Below, piece by piece: positions 63,978 to 64,000 of a DNA stretch of 64,000 bases. The translations under genes and the position numbers were made by a program. The stretch is taken from NCBI GenBank assembly GCA_000806015.1, contig JWKY01000001.1:43569-107568 (forward strand), given 5' to 3'. Below the pieces are notes generated by a model that saw nothing but the letters and a program-made list of their open reading frames with translations, did no database searches and was not told where the DNA came from. Position 1 is the stretch's first letter, and the number at the start of each line of letters is the position of its first letter. This DNA comes from an archaeon GW2011_AR19 (GTDB taxonomy: Archaea; Nanobdellota; Nanobdellia; Pacearchaeales; GW2011-AR1).

Positions 63978-64000
63978 TTTTTATTTCTCCAAATTTATTT

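Noticed and set aside
1-64000. Possibility that the contig is from a CPR bacterium rather than an archaeon (low GC, small genes, many LPS-like enzymes such as GT9, HldE, GmhA, RmlCD).
   Set aside because: L19e and L32e (absent from bacteria) in canonical archaeal order, an STT3/AglB with WWDYG, an Alg7-type GPT (NFLAGYNGLE), prefoldin and DUF106 all indicate Archaea. The bacterial-type sugar genes are better explained by horizontal acquisition.
1-64000. Searched for transposases, integrases, tRNA genes and rRNA genes as markers of a mobile island.
   Set aside because: No DDE/serine/tyrosine recombinase-like ORF or stable RNA gene was recognised. The glycan region appears to be a chromosomal accessory locus rather than an identifiable mobile element.

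Overview
This is a low-GC (~30%) window with standard stop codons. It is archaeal and probably from a DPANN-type lineage. The evidence is the r-protein block S8-L6-L32e-L19e-L18-S5-L30-L15 followed by SecY, a prefoldin and a DUF106/YidC-like gene (56231..63977), a long STT3/AglB oligosaccharyltransferase carrying the WWDYG motif, and an Alg7/GPT-type initiating transferase. About 50 kb (1..50220) is one dense glycan-biosynthesis and protein N-glycosylation island. It holds four DegT-family PLP enzymes, one of which has His in place of the Schiff-base Lys and looks like a ColD/E1 3-dehydratase. It also holds six extended-SDR epimerase/dehydratases, RmlC, RmlD, an FdtA-like cupin and a Gfo/Idh/MocA oxidoreductase. 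There are two sugar C-methyltransferases (one fused to an SDR) and three radical SAM enzymes, two of them B12-binding class B. A NodU/CmcH carbamoyltransferase and two NUDIX hydrolases are present. An ADP-heptose branch is present: GmhA, an HldE-like bifunctional enzyme with swapped domain order, and a GT9 heptosyltransferase fused to a GT2. Transfer machinery comprises about eight GT2/GT4 transferases, a Wzx flippase, an ArnT/PMT-like GT-C and the aglH-aglB operon. Inside the island is a 733-aa secreted protein built from a novel-looking ~65-aa Cys-rich module (4 copies) and a cassette of about 16 N-x-T sequons in 73 residues; it is a plausible dedicated AglB substrate. The final 10 kb is informational genes. 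There, toxin-antitoxin cassettes (AbrB-RelE, RelE, and DUF433 with a nonsense-mutated DUF5615) lie on both sides of secY and its neighbours, and one set separates rpl15 from secY. Copies of a short GC-rich repeat family flank them, and a ~60-bp duplicated promoter-like element precedes two of the small genes. No tRNA, rRNA, true CRISPR array, transposase or integrase was found.
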